Assembly: GCA_963750905.1 (NCBI GenBank)
Contig: CAVVSE010000004.1
Location: 1,066-65,065 of the forward strand
Reading direction: 5' to 3'
DNA from: an uncultured Acidimicrobiia bacterium
GTDB lineage: Bacteria > Actinomycetota > Acidimicrobiia > Acidimicrobiales > Ilumatobacteraceae
Length of the DNA: 64,000 nucleotides
This document shows, one piece after another, positions 52,351 to 63,105 of the stretch. Both the position numbers and the translations under genes were made by a program. Under the pieces are notes generated by a model, which saw only the letters and a program-made list of their open reading frames with translations, searched no databases and had not been told where the DNA came from. Each line of letters opens with the position of its first letter. Within the stretch, counting starts at the first letter, position 1.

Positions 52351-54721
52351 ATGCGGGCACGAGTGGGTTTTGTCGGTTGGCGGGCGCGCGCCGCCGCGCT
52401 GGGTGTGGGCGTGATCACCGCGGCGGTGGTCATCGGCCCGTCGGCGATGCGGCCGGCGGTGCAGGCGCAACCGTTGCCGCCGTTCGACGCCAACGGGCTC
52501 GACGACAGCTTCCTGCGTCGCCCAGAGCCGGCCGCAGGGGCGGCTCGTCACGGGCGCGACCGCCTCGGTGGCGCCGATGGCCGCGCTCGAGGCGGCGGCC
52601 GGTGACCCGGTCGCCGGGACGTTCGGACCTCAGGTGGCGTGGCCGATCATGCCGATCCACGCCGTGCTGCTGCCCGACGGACGCGTGATGTCCTACGGGA
52701 CCGACCGCACCGGGGTGCAGACCGCCTACTACGAGTACGACGTGTGGGACCCGCGGGCGGGCACCGGCTCCAACGCCCACGTCGTCCTGCCGAACGGGAC
52801 GGCGACGGACATCTTCTGCAGCTCGCAGATCGTCCTGCTGAACGGCGACGTCGAGCTGTACGGCGGTGACAACCTGCCGGCCAGCTCGAACACCCAGAAC
52901 CAGGACGTCAACCAGTTCCGGCCGGCTCAGAACACCCTCGTGCGCACCGGCTCGCTGAACCGTCTGCGCTGGTACTCGTCGGCGACGATCCTGCCGAACG
53001 CCGAGGTCTACATCCAGGGCGGCACGGGCGGCGCCGACTACCCGGAGCGGCGCACGAGCAGCGGCCAGTTCCAACTGCTCACCGGGGCGTCGACCTCGAC
53101 CCTGTCCAGCGGCTACCCGAAGAACTTCGTCGGTCCGGACGGGCTCGTCTTCGGGATCGCCGGCAACCGGATGTACCGCGTCAACCCGGCCGGCAACGGG
53201 TCGATCACGATGCTCGGGACGTTCCCGACCGACAACAACGGCGGCACCGCGACGTCGGTCATGTTCGCCCCCGGGCGCATCCTCCAGGTCGGCGGCGGCA
53301 ACGCCAACGCGGCGAGCCGCAACGCCAGCATCATCGACATCAACGGATCTTCACCGCTCGTCACCCCCTTGCCGCAGGTCCAGTTCGGACGGCACTGGGG
53401 CAACGCGACGGTGATGGCTGACGGGCGTGTGTTCGTGTCCGGCGGCAGCGCCGTCAACAACGCGGCGACCGGCGTCGCCTACACGACGGAGATCTTCGAC
53501 CCCGTCACCAGCTCGTGGTCGACCGGGCCGACGGCGACCCGCATGCGCCTGTACCACTCGACGTCGCTGCTGTTGCCGGACGCGACGGTCATCACGATGG
53601 GCGGCGGCACCCCTGGGCCCGAGACCAACCTGAACGCCGAGATCTACTACCCGCCGTACCTGTTCGACGCCGCCGGCAACCCCGCCGTGCGCCCGACGAT
53701 CACGAGCGCGACCGCCGTCGCGGATCCCGGCACGACGCTGACCATCGAGTCGCCCGACGCCGGCGCCATCGCCCGCGTCGCGCTCGTCAAGCTCGGCTCC
53801 GTCACCCACTCCGTGGACATGGACCAGCGCTTCCTGGACCTGCCGATCACCACCACCGGCACGACCGTGCAGGCCGCGCTGCCCGTCAACACCAACCGCA
53901 CCCCACCCGGTCACTACATGATCTTCGCCATCGACGACGCCGGCGTGCCGTCCACGGCCAAGATCGTGCGGATCGGGGTGGCCGGGGCGACCCCGCCACC
54001 TCCGACGACGACCACGACGACGGCACCGCCGACGACGACCACCACCACCACGACGACGACCACGACCACGACGCCGCCGACGACGACCACGACGACGGCG
54101 CCCACGACGACAACGACCACGACCACGACGCCGCCGACGACGACCACGACGACGGCGCCCACGACGACGACGACCACGACGGCGCCGACCACCACGACGA
54201 CGACGACGACGCCACCGACCACCACCACGACCACGGCACCGCCGCCGCCGCCGAACCTGCTGACGAACGGCGGCTTCGAGGACAACGACGTCGGCGCGGA
54301 GCACGTCAACCACGTCGTCATCCCCGGTTGGACGGGCGCCACGGCGCAGCTCGAGGTCTGGCGGGGTGAACCGGGCTACCCGGCGGCCGAGGGCGCCTCG
54401 CTCATCGCGCTCGATCGAACGGGCAAGGACAACCGACTCGATCAGACCGTGACGACGGTGGCCGGGCGCCGCTACACGTTCTCGTTCCAGCACTCACCAA
54501 GTGCCGGAGTGGCGACGGGCAGCAACAAGTTCACCGTCTCCTGGAACGGCACGGTGCTCGGCACCATCTCGCGCAACGGCAAGGGGGTGACCGGCACCGC
54601 CTGGCAGACCACGACGTTCAGCGTGACGGGCACCGGCTCCGACCGCATCTCGTTCCGTGAGGCCGACACCGACAGCGTCGGCGCGCTGATCGACGACGTG
54701 CGCCTCGTCGTCGTCAGTTGA
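52351..54721 (+). CDS. Secreted glyoxal/galactose-oxidase-like protein (kelch + DUF1929) with Pro/Thr linker and C-terminal DUF642-like domain; apparent +1 frameshift at G4 run ~52538
   Basis: Signal peptide MRARVGFVGWRARAAALGVGVITAAVVIGPSAMRPAVQA. Then IHAVLLPDGRVMSYG, RWYSSATILPNAEVYIQGG, RLYHSTSLLLPDATVITMGG, IYYPPYLF, PGHYMIFAIDDAGVPS. About 85-aa P/T linker. C-terminus: NGGFEDNDVG..IPGW... Confidence 0.75.
53990..54252 (+). repeat. Coding low-complexity Pro/Thr-rich repeat tract
   Basis: Imperfect ACG/ACC/CCG tandem arrays encode (T5-13)(A/P)P units. A ~60-nt unit repeats around 54070-54190. Confidence 0.8.
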
Positions 54722-54737
54722 CGGCGCGGCGCGCGGG

Positions 54738-55874
54738 TCAGACCGGGGTGCCGCCGATGTAGGTGCCGGCGATCAGCGGGACGCCGGGGCGGTAGACGAG
54801 GTGCTCGTAGCTCGGCGCGGCGAGCACGACGAGATCAGCCCGGGCGCCGGCGCCGAGCCAGCCGACGTCGGCGCGGCGCAGGGCACGAGCGCCGCCGAGC
54901 GTCGCCGCGGTCAGCGCTTCGGTCGCCGTCATCCGCAGGTCGCGGACGGCGAGCGCGATCACGAACGACATCGACGTCGTGTAGCTCGAACCCGGGTTGC
55001 AGTTCGTCGCCAGCGCGACCGTTGCACCTGCATCGATGACGCGGCGGGCGTCCGGGTAGGGCTGGCGGGTCGAGAAGTCGGTCGCCGGGAGGAACGTCGC
55101 CACCGTGTCACTGGCGGCGAGGGCGGCCACGTCGTCGTCGCTGAGGTACGTGCAGTGGTCGGCCGAGGCGCAGCCGAGCTCGACGGCGAGCTGCACGCCC
55201 GGCCCCGGGCCGAGCTGGTTGGCGTGCAGCCGCAGCCCGAGCCCTGCCGCTTCGCCGGCGCGCAGCACATGCCGGCACTGGTCGGCGTCGAACGCGCCGC
55301 GCTCGCAGAACGCGTCGATCCAGCGGGCGTGGGGAGCGACGGCCGCGAGCATCGGACCGGCCACCAGCTCGACGTAGGCATCCTCGTCGACGCCGTCGGG
55401 CACGACGTGGGCGCCGAGGAACGTCACCTCCGGCGTCAGTGACGACGCGACGCGCACGAGCCGTGCCTCGTCCTCGACGGTCGCGCCGTAGCCGGACTTC
55501 ACCTCGAGCGTCGTGATGCCGGCGTGGTGGGCCTCGGTGCGCCGCGCCATCGCCGCGCCCAGCAGCTGCTCGTCCGACGCCGCGCGGGTGGCCGCGATCG
55601 TCACGTTGATGCCGCCGGCCGCGTACGGCGCGCCGGCCATGCGCGCCGCGAACTCGGCGGCGCGGTCGCCGGCGAAGACGAGGTGCGTGTGGCTGTCGAC
55701 GAACCCCGGGATCACGCAGGACCCATCGACGGCGACGCGCTCGTCGGCGGCAGGCGCCCGACCGGTGCCGACCGCCACGACGAGCCCGTCGTCGACCACG
55801 ACGTGGGCGTCGATCAGCTCGCCCGCCGAGGTGTTCGTGACGAGGCGGCCGATGCGCTCGAACACGGTCGTCAC
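54738..55874 (-). CDS. hutI: Imidazolonepropionase
   Basis: GTG 55874 overlapping the hutF stop (GTGA). [57 protein letters not shown]. Confidence 0.9.
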   Translation of the reverse strand: MTTVFERIGRLVTNTSAGELIDAHVVVDDGLVVAVGTGRAPAADERVAVDGSCVIPGFVDSHTHLVFAGDRAAEFAARMAGAPYAAGGINVTIAATRAASDEQLLGAAMARRTEAHHAGITTLEVKSGYGATVEDEARLVRVASSLTPEVTFLGAHVVPDGVDEDAYVELVAGPMLAAVAPHARWIDAFCERGAFDADQCRHVLRAGEAAGLGLRLHANQLGPGPGVQLAVELGCASADHCTYLSDDDVAALAASDTVATFLPATDFSTRQPYPDARRVIDAGATVALATNCNPGSSYTTSMSFVIALAVRDLRMTATEALTAATLGGARALRRADVGWLGAGARADLVVLAAPSYEHLVYRPGVPLIAGTYIGGTPV

Positions 55875-57190
55875 GCCAGGACGCTCCGCAGCTCGCCGGC
55901 CACGTCCAGCGTCGTGTGCAGCCCGTCGCGCACGACGATGCGGCCACCGACGACGACATGGCGGACGTCGGCCGCGGCGGCAGCGAACACGGCGCCGGCC
56001 AGCGCGTCCTCGCTGGCCGTCCCCGCCGTGCGCACCGAGTCGAGCGTGACCGTCGTGAGGTCGGCGAGGGTGCCGGCCTCGATGCGCCCGGCGTCCGGCC
56101 AACCGAGGGCGAGGTGGCCGTGCTCGGTGGCCATCCGCAGGAGGGCGGCAGTGTCGTGACGGCCGCGCACGAGCGTCGCCAGGCGTTCGTCGAGCTCGAC
56201 GGCCCGCGCTTCCTCGAGGAGGTCGATGACGGCGTGCGAGTCGCTGCCGAGGGCGAGGCGGGCGCCCGCGTCGCGCAGGGCGAAGGTCGGGCCGATGCCG
56301 TCGGCGAGGTCGCGCTCCGTCGTCGGGCAGATGCAACACGAGCACCGCGCCGCGCCGAGCAGCCCGATGTCGCCGGGCGTCAGGTGGGTGGCGTGGACGG
56401 CGGTGAACCGGGTGTCGAGGGCGCCGGCCGCGCCGAGCACCTCGACCGGCGTGGCGCCGTGGGCCGCCCGCACCTGCTCGTTCTCGGCCGGTTGCTCGGA
56501 CACGTGGGCGTGCAACGGGGTGCGGCGCGACCGCGCCCAGGACGCCACCACCGCGATGGACGCGGGGTCGACGGCGCGCACCGAGTGGACCGCGGCGCCG
56601 ACCTGCAGACCGGGGCCGGGCCGCAGCGCCGCGGCCCGCTCGGCCCACGCGTCGGCGCTGCCGTCCGAGAACCGCTGCTGGACCGGGTCGAGCTCGATCC
56701 CCGGGCCGCCGCGGAGGTAGCAGGTGTCGAGCAGGGTGATCCGGACGCCCGCCTCGCGAGCGGCGGCCACGACGGCGTCGGCCATCGCGTTCGGCTCCGC
56801 GTAGGCGCCGCCACCGGGTGCGTGGTGCAGGTAGTGGAACTCGCCCACCGCGGCGATGCCGGCGAGCGCCATCTCCCCGTAGGTCGCCCGCGCCAGGCGG
56901 AAGTAGCGGTCCGGGTCGAGCGTGGCGGCGATCTCGTACATCTGCCGGCGCCACGTCCAGAACGAGCCGGTGCCGCGGTGCGTGCGCCCGCGCAGGGCCC
57001 GGTGGAAGGCGTGGCTGTGGGCGTTGGCGAAGCCCGGCAGGGTCAGGCCCGGCAGGCGGACCGCGCCGGCGGGCGTCGCCGGGACGCTCGGCCGCACGCG
57101 GTGGATGCGTTCGCCGTCGACCTCCACGACGACGTCGGCCGTCGCCTGCTCGCCGCCCAACCACGCCAGCTCGCAGTGGAACGAGGGCAC
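55871..57190 (-). CDS. hutF: Formimidoylglutamate deiminase
   Basis: [20 protein letters not shown]...[44 protein letters not shown]. Confidence 0.85.
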   Translation of the reverse strand: MPSFHCELAWLGGEQATADVVVEVDGERIHRVRPSVPATPAGAVRLPGLTLPGFANAHSHAFHRALRGRTHRGTGSFWTWRRQMYEIAATLDPDRYFRLARATYGEMALAGIAAVGEFHYLHHAPGGGAYAEPNAMADAVVAAAREAGVRITLLDTCYLRGGPGIELDPVQQRFSDGSADAWAERAAALRPGPGLQVGAAVHSVRAVDPASIAVVASWARSRRTPLHAHVSEQPAENEQVRAAHGATPVEVLGAAGALDTRFTAVHATHLTPGDIGLLGAARCSCCICPTTERDLADGIGPTFALRDAGARLALGSDSHAVIDLLEEARAVELDERLATLVRGRHDTAALLRMATEHGHLALGWPDAGRIEAGTLADLTTVTLDSVRTAGTASEDALAGAVFAAAAADVRHVVVGGRIVVRDGLHTTLDVAGELRSVLA

Positions 57191-57193
57191 CTG

Positions 57194-57989
57194 TCACCCC
57201 GCCAGGCGCTCCACGAGGGCCTTCTCGTCCGGCCCGAACCACGGACCGTCGCCGGCTGCGGCGTTCTCGGCCATCCGTTCGGGGCGCGTCGTCGCCGGGA
57301 TCGACACGGCCGTCGCCGGGTGGCTCAGCCCGTACTTCAACAGCGCTTGGGGCCAGGTCGTGACGCCGAACGGCGGCGAGCGGGGCGAGGTCGGCGGCCG
57401 TCGGCGCCCGCCCGACGAGGCCACCGGCGGCGAACGGGCGCATGAGGATCACGCCGATGCCGAGGTCCTGGGCGAGCGGCAGGATGCGCTGCTCGACGAC
57501 CCGCTCGTGCGGGTTGTACGGCACCTGGATGGCGGCGATGCGCCCGGTGCGCATGACGTCCTCGAGCTCGCCGAACGCGCTGGCCTGCCAGTGCGTCGCG
57601 GCGACGATGTCGATCTCGCCGCGGTCGCGCCGGGCCTCCAGCTGATCGAGGCGCGCCGGCCAGGCGACGAGGTTGTGGACCTGGAACACGTCGACATGAC
57701 CGCCGAAGAAGGCGAGCGACGCGTCGATCTGGCGCTCGGCCGCGTCGTCGTCCGGGGTCCAGACCTTGGTGGCGACGATCGCCTCCCGCCGGCGGGCGGC
57801 GATCGTCGCGCCGAGGATGCGCTCGGCGTTGCCGTACATCGGCGACGAGTCGACGAACGTCGCCCCGGCGTCGAGCGCGACGTCGGTGATCCGCTGCCGG
57901 TCGTCGTCGACCGCCGGCACGTCGAACGTCTTCGACGTCCCCATGCCGATGACGGGGACCTCGCGGCCTGCGAACGGGCGGTGCTCCAA
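57194..57989 (-). CDS. Aldo/keto reductase; apparent +1 frameshift near 57377
   Basis: TTG 57989 with AGGAGA 6 nt upstream. [43 protein letters not shown]. After the slip: [19 protein letters not shown]... Confidence 0.75.
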
Positions 57990-58001
57990 CGGGTCTCCTG
58001 A

Positions 58002-58577
58002 CTACGAGCCGACGCGGGCGACGAACTCGGTGATGCGGGCGACGAAGGCGTCGCGGTGGTGGCGCTCGAACTGCGCCCACGTCGTGAGCGTGCGGGTGTC
58101 GGCGACGCGGTCGAGGAACAGCGTGCCGTCGAGGTGGTCGCACTCGTGCTGGAACGTGCCCGCCGTCAGGCCGCGCTTGATCTCGTCGTGCTCGACCCCG
58201 TCGCGGTCGAGGTAGCGGACGCGCACGTTGACGTGGCGGAAGACGTTGCCGCGCAGGTCGGGCACGGAGAGGCAGCCCTCGTTGATCTCGACGAGCTCGT
58301 CATCGAGCGGTTCGATGACCGGGTTGACGACGACCGTCAGCGGGATCGGTGGCTTGTACGGGTAGCGCGGGTTGTGGTCGACCTCGATGACGGCGACGCG
58401 CACGGTCTCGTGGACCTGGTTGGCGGCGATGCCGGCGCCGTTGGCGGCGTGCATCGTGTCGACGAGGTCGTCGATGAGCGCCTGGACCTCCGCCGATGCG
58501 AGCTCGTCGCGCGTGATCTCGCGCGCCCGCTCGCGCAGCACCGGATGGCCGACGGTGGCGATCGGGCGGACGGTCAC
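58002..58577 (-). CDS. def: Peptide deformylase-family metallohydrolase, embedded in hut operon
   Basis: GTG 58577 overlapping the upstream stop (GTGA). The three PDF motifs are present: GAGIAANQV, EGCLSVP, QHECDHLDG. Confidence 0.85.
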   Translation of the reverse strand: MTVRPIATVGHPVLRERAREITRDELASAEVQALIDDLVDTMHAANGAGIAANQVHETVRVAVIEVDHNPRYPYKPPIPLTVVVNPVIEPLDDELVEINEGCLSVPDLRGNVFRHVNVRVRYLDRDGVEHDEIKRGLTAGTFQHECDHLDGTLFLDRVADTRTLTTWAQFERHHRDAFVARITEFVARVGS

Positions 58578-59377
58578 GACGCCGTCCAGAGCACCGGGAA
58601 CAGCGGGTGGTCCATGGGCGCACCGGCGGGGAGCTCGGCGGCGAGGCCGGGGAACGGCGGCGACGTCGTCCACGGCCGCGGGGCGTGGGTGACGTCGTCG
58701 CCGAGGAAGCGCAGCGACAGCACGCGCCGCCGGGCCGGACCCGGCACGCCGCCCGCGGCGTGCAGCGTGAGCATGTGGAAGAACACGGCGTCGCCCGGTT
58801 CGAGGTCCCACCCGATGATGCGGAACTCGTCGGGGTGAGCGTCGATGTCGGGCAGCTCGGTCAGCGAGCCGTCGGGGAACCACTTCGCCTCGTTGGCGAG
58901 GAACGTGCGGGGCATGAACCAGTCGCCGCGGTGTGAGCCCGCCACGAACTCCAGCGTCGACCTGCGGGGGACCGGGTCGACCGGGAACCACATGCTGGCG
59001 TTCTGGCGGCCGTCGACGTTGTAGTACGGCTGGTCCTGGTGCCACGGCGTGCGCTGGCGCGTGCCGGGCTCCTTGACGAGGACGTGGTCGTGGTACAGGC
59101 GGACGGTCCGCGAGCCCATCAGCTCGGCGGCGATGGCGGCGACGCCGGACTCCTCGATGAACCGCTGCATCGCGGGCAGGCGCTGCCAGTTGCAGAAGTC
59201 CTCGACGAAGGCGCCGTCGTCGTCGGCGCTCGCCCGCTTCGCCCGCGGCGAGAGGTCGGCGAGGTTGGCGTCGATCGCCTCGCGGGCCAGGGCGACGTGC
59301 TCGGGCGCCACCGCCCGGCGCACGCACACGGCCCCGTCGCGCTCGAAGCAACGTGCTGCCGAAGGAGTGACGTCCAT
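58574..59377 (-). CDS. Phytanoyl-CoA dioxygenase (PhyH) family Fe(II)/2-oxoglutarate oxygenase
   Basis: ATG shares one base with the hutU stop (TGATG). TPWHQDQPYY (HxD), FFHMLTLHAAG, RRVLSLRF. Confidence 0.8.
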   Translation of the reverse strand: MDVTPSAARCFERDGAVCVRRAVAPEHVALAREAIDANLADLSPRAKRASADDDGAFVEDFCNWQRLPAMQRFIEESGVAAIAAELMGSRTVRLYHDHVLVKEPGTRQRTPWHQDQPYYNVDGRQNASMWFPVDPVPRRSTLEFVAGSHRGDWFMPRTFLANEAKWFPDGSLTELPDIDAHPDEFRIIGWDLEPGDAVFFHMLTLHAAGGVPGPARRRVLSLRFLGDDVTHAPRPWTTSPPFPGLAAELPAGAPMDHPLFPVLWTAS

Positions 59378-61044
59378 CAGCCCTCGGTCATCGGCAGGCG
59401 GACGCCGCGCTCGGCGGCGACCTCGACGGCACGGTCGTAGCCGGCGTCGGCGTGGCGGATGACGCCGGTCCCGGGATCGTTGGTCAGCACGCGCGCCAGC
59501 TTGGCCGCGGCGACGTCGCTCCCGTCGGCGAGGGCGACCATCCCGGCGTGGATCGACCGGCCGATGCCCACGCCGCCGCCGTGGTGGATCGAGACCCACG
59601 TCGCGCCGGACGACGTGTTGAGGAGGGCGTTCAGCAGCGGCCAGTCGGCGATCGCGTCGGAGCCGTCGGCCATCGCCTCGGTCTCCCGGTAGGGCGAGGC
59701 GACCGACCCCGAGTCGAGGTGGTCGCGACCGATCACGATGGGCGCCGAGATCTCGCCGCGGCGGACCATCTCGTTGAAGCGCAGGCCGAGGCGGTGGCGC
59801 TCGCCGTAGCCGAGCCAGCAGATGCGCGCCGGGAGCCCCTGGAACGCGACGCGCTCACCGGCCAGGCGGATCCAGCGGGCGAGCCCGTCGTCGTCGGGGA
59901 ACTCCTCGAGCACGGCGCGGTCGGTGGCCGCGATGTCAGCCGCATCACCGGAGAGGGCGACCCACCGGAAGGGACCCTTGCCCTCGCAGAACAACGGCCG
60001 GATGTACGCCGGCAGGAAGCCGGGGTAGGCGAAGGCTCGGTCGAAGCCGCCGAGCTCGGCCTCGGCCCGCAGGCTGTTGCCGTAGTCGAACACCTCCGCG
60101 CCCTTGTCCAGGAAGCCGACCATCGCCGCGCAGTGCACGGCGATGGACTCGCGCGCCCGCCGGACGAAGCCGTCGGGGTCGGTGCGGGCCAGTTCGGCGG
60201 CGGCGTCCGGCGTGACGTCGACGGGCACGTACGAGAGCGGGTCGTGGGCACTCGTCTGGTCGGTGACGATGTCGGCCGGGAAGTCGAGGTCGAACAGGCG
60301 GGGGACGACGGCGGCGGCGTTGCCGACGAGCCCGACCGACAACGGCCGCCGCTCGTCGCGAGCTGCCGTGCAGCGGGCGATGGCGTCCTCGAGCGTGGCG
60401 GCGACCTCGTCCAGGTACCGCGTCTCGATGCGCCGCCCGACCCGCCACGGGTCGACGTCGATGCACAGCGCGACGCCGCCGTTCATCGTCACGGCGAGCG
60501 GTTGGGCGCCGCCCATCCCGCCGAGGCCGGCCGTCAGGGTGATCGTGCCGGCCAGCGTGCCGCCGAAGCGGCGGCGGGCGATCTCGGCGAAGCACTCGTA
60601 CGTGCCCTGGAGGATCCCCTGGGTGCCGATGTAGATCCACGAGCCGGCCGTCATCTGGCCGTACATCGTGAGACCGGCGGCCTCGAGCCGTCGGAACTCG
60701 GTCCAGTCGGCCCACTCGGGCACGAGGTTGGAGTTGGCGAGCAGCACCCGCGGCGCCCACTCGTGGGTGCGGAAGACACCGACCGGCTTGCCGGACTGGA
60801 CGAGCATCGTCTCGTCGTCGGCGAGCGTCGTCAGCGTGCGCACCATGGCGTCGAAGGCGTCCCAGGACCGGGCGGCCCGACCGGTGCCGCCGTACACCAC
60901 GAGGTCGTCAGGGCGCTCCGCGACCTCCGGATCGAGGTTGTTCTGGAGCATCCGGAAGGCCGCCTCCTGGGGCCAGCCCCGGCAGGTCAGCGCGCTGCCC
61001 CGGGGGGCGCGGACGGGTCGTGCGCCGGCGGTCACGGCGGTCAC
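59377..61044 (-). CDS. hutU: Urocanate hydratase
   Basis: [95 protein letters not shown]. Confidence 0.93.
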   Translation of the reverse strand: MTAVTAGARPVRAPRGSALTCRGWPQEAAFRMLQNNLDPEVAERPDDLVVYGGTGRAARSWDAFDAMVRTLTTLADDETMLVQSGKPVGVFRTHEWAPRVLLANSNLVPEWADWTEFRRLEAAGLTMYGQMTAGSWIYIGTQGILQGTYECFAEIARRRFGGTLAGTITLTAGLGGMGGAQPLAVTMNGGVALCIDVDPWRVGRRIETRYLDEVAATLEDAIARCTAARDERRPLSVGLVGNAAAVVPRLFDLDFPADIVTDQTSAHDPLSYVPVDVTPDAAAELARTDPDGFVRRARESIAVHCAAMVGFLDKGAEVFDYGNSLRAEAELGGFDRAFAYPGFLPAYIRPLFCEGKGPFRWVALSGDAADIAATDRAVLEEFPDDDGLARWIRLAGERVAFQGLPARICWLGYGERHRLGLRFNEMVRRGEISAPIVIGRDHLDSGSVASPYRETEAMADGSDAIADWPLLNALLNTSSGATWVSIHHGGGVGIGRSIHAGMVALADGSDVAAAKLARVLTNDPGTGVIRHADAGYDRAVEVAAERGVRLPMTEG

Positions 61045-61097
61045 TGTTCCACAGTCCGGATGGCCCCGTCGCGGGCCACGGCTGGCAAGCTCGTGGC

Positions 61098-62246
61098 GTG
61101 ACCACGGTCGACCCCAACGTACGCGCTCCCTCCGTGGAGGAGTTCGCCGCCACCGCCGCCGACTGGCTCGCCGCCCACCGCGAGCAGGCGCCACCGGACT
61201 ACGGCGCGATCTGCCCGCCGGAGCTCGTCGAGCGGGGCCGCGCCTGGCAGCGCCTGCTCGACGAGTCGGGCTACGCCGGCATCCACTGGCCCGCCGAGCA
61301 CGGTGGCCAGGGCCTCAGCAACGAGCACCAGGCAGCCTGGCTGATGGAGTGCGCGAAGGCCGGCGTACCGCCCGTGCTCAACATGGTCGGGCTCGTCCTC
61401 GCCGGTGGGGCGATCCTCCGCTACGGCACGCCGGAGCAGCAGGCCCAGCACCTGCGACCGACGTTGCAGGGCGACCAGGTGTGGTGCCAGCTGTTCTCCG
61501 AGCCCGGCGCCGGTAGCGACCTCGGCGGGTTGTCGACGAAGGCGGAGCGCGACGGCGACCACTTCGTCGTCAACGGCCAGAAGGTCTGGTGCTCGGGTGG
61601 CCGGGCGAGTGACTGGGGCATCCTCATGGCCCGCACGAACCCGGACGCCGCCAAGCACGACGGCATCTCGTTCTTCCTGTGCCCGATGGATCTGCCGGGC
61701 ATCGAGATCCGCCCGCTGAAGCAGATGACCGGCGGCTCGGAGTTCGACGAGGTCTTCTTCACCGACGTGGAGCTCCCCGCCGACCGCCTGCTCGGTCCGC
61801 TGCACGGCGGGTGGGGCGTCGGCATGAGCGTGCTGACGAACGAGCGCGGCCACATCGGCACCGCCATCATCTCCCTCGAGCGGCGCTTGGAGAGCTTCAG
61901 CGCCCTCGGCGCCGAGCGCGACCTCGGGCCGGTGGCCACGCAGCGCCTCGCCGCCCTCATCGCCCGCGGCAACAGCTACAAGGCGCTCGCCCAACGCCAG
62001 CGTGACGAGGGCGGGGCGATCGCCACGACGGGCAGCTCGCTGCTCAAGCTCGGCATCTCCGAGATGACGTTCGAGATCGCCTCGCTGCGCGCCGACACCA
62101 TCGGGGCCGACGCCATGCTCACGGGCCCGGACACCGCCGGCCTGCTGGCGTCACCGGCCGGGCGCATCGCCGGCGGCACCAGCCAGGTGCAGCGCAACAT
62201 CATCGGCGAGCGCCTCCTCGGGCTGCCGCGCGAGCCGAAGGGCTGA
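61098..62246 (+). CDS. Acyl-CoA dehydrogenase (paralog of 43430-44662)
   Basis: GTG 61098. [78 protein letters not shown]. Confidence 0.85.
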   Translation: MTTVDPNVRAPSVEEFAATAADWLAAHREQAPPDYGAICPPELVERGRAWQRLLDESGYAGIHWPAEHGGQGLSNEHQAAWLMECAKAGVPPVLNMVGLVLAGGAILRYGTPEQQAQHLRPTLQGDQVWCQLFSEPGAGSDLGGLSTKAERDGDHFVVNGQKVWCSGGRASDWGILMARTNPDAAKHDGISFFLCPMDLPGIEIRPLKQMTGGSEFDEVFFTDVELPADRLLGPLHGGWGVGMSVLTNERGHIGTAIISLERRLESFSALGAERDLGPVATQRLAALIARGNSYKALAQRQRDEGGAIATTGSSLLKLGISEMTFEIASLRADTIGADAMLTGPDTAGLLASPAGRIAGGTSQVQRNIIGERLLGLPREPKG

Positions 62247-62262
62247 CCCGCGCCGCCGCCCG

Positions 62263-62291
62263 GCTGAGCGACCGGCGCGGCGTCGCTCAGC
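62263..62291 (+). terminator. Hairpin after ACAD gene
   Basis: GCTGAGCGAC-(9 nt)-GTCGCTCAGC: perfect 10-bp stem, 17 nt after the stop. Confidence 0.45.
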
Positions 62292-62395
62292 GGTTCACAC
62301 GTGTGCTCCATGCGGGCGACCGCATCGTCGCCCACCGAGGCCGGCCCGGACGGGCGGTCCGACCGACGCAGCACCAACGGAGGAACTGCTTTCCC

Positions 62396-63040
62396 ATGCG
62401 CATCACCTCGCGCCTCGCGCCCCTTGCCATCGCCGGGGCCCTCGCCCTCTCGCTCGCCGCCTGCGGCGGGGACGACGACGACGCGGCCGACACCACGTCC
62501 GCGCCGGCCGCCACCGAGGCGCCTGCCGCCGAGACGACGGCACCGCACACGAGCGAGCACGCCGACCACCAGACGGTCGCCGTCAACGGCATCGACTACG
62601 GGTACGAGAACCTGCCGGCCGAGGTGGCGCCCGGCACGATGCTGACGTTCACGAACCACTCCGACACGGAGGCCCACGAGCTGGTGGCGTTCCGCCTGCC
62701 CGACACCGAGACGCGCGCCGTGGCGGAGCTCGTCCAGCTGCCGCCGGAGGAGCTCTTCGCGATGTTCACGGGCGAGCCGGCGATGGTCCTCATCGCCGGT
62801 CCGGGCGAGGAGGGGATGCCCGTCGTCGGTGACGGGTCGCTGACCGAGCCCGGTCGCTACATCATCGCCTGCGCCATCCCGATCGGCGCCGATCCGGCCG
62901 AGATCATGGCCCCGCCGAGCTCCGACCCGGCTGCCACCGCTCCCGAGGGCTCGGAGCCGAGCGGCCCGCCCGAGGCCGCCGCTGGCCCGCCGCACTTCAC
63001 CGCCGGCATGTACGGCGAGCTCGTCGTCACCGAGGCCTGA
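62396..63040 (+). CDS. Lipoprotein, possibly cupredoxin-like
   Basis: ATG 62396 after GGAGGAA. Lipobox LSLAAC followed by GGDDDDAA. Candidate type-1 copper ligands H (TNHSDTEAH), C (YIIAC) and H-x4-M (PHFTAGM), with a ~36-aa P/A/S-rich insert between Cys and His. Confidence 0.6.
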   Translation: MRITSRLAPLAIAGALALSLAACGGDDDDAADTTSAPAATEAPAAETTAPHTSEHADHQTVAVNGIDYGYENLPAEVAPGTMLTFTNHSDTEAHELVAFRLPDTETRAVAELVQLPPEELFAMFTGEPAMVLIAGPGEEGMPVVGDGSLTEPGRYIIACAIPIGADPAEIMAPPSSDPAATAPEGSEPSGPPEAAAGPPHFTAGMYGELVVTEA

Positions 63041-63056
63041 GCCTCGCGACGCCACA

Positions 63057-63100
63057 ACGGAGCGGCCGCCGCGACCGACGGGTCGGGGCGGCCGCTCCGT
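63057..63100. terminator. Bidirectional hairpin between lipoprotein gene and hutH
   Basis: ACGGAGCGGCCGCC-(16 nt)-GGCGGCCGCTCCGT: perfect 14-bp stem. Confidence 0.55.
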
Positions 63101-63105
63101 CGCGT

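Noticed and set aside
53990-54252. Satellite-like ACG/ACC/CCG DNA repeat.
   Set aside because: It is fully explained as the coding sequence of a Pro/Thr-rich interdomain linker in the secreted oxidase-like protein.
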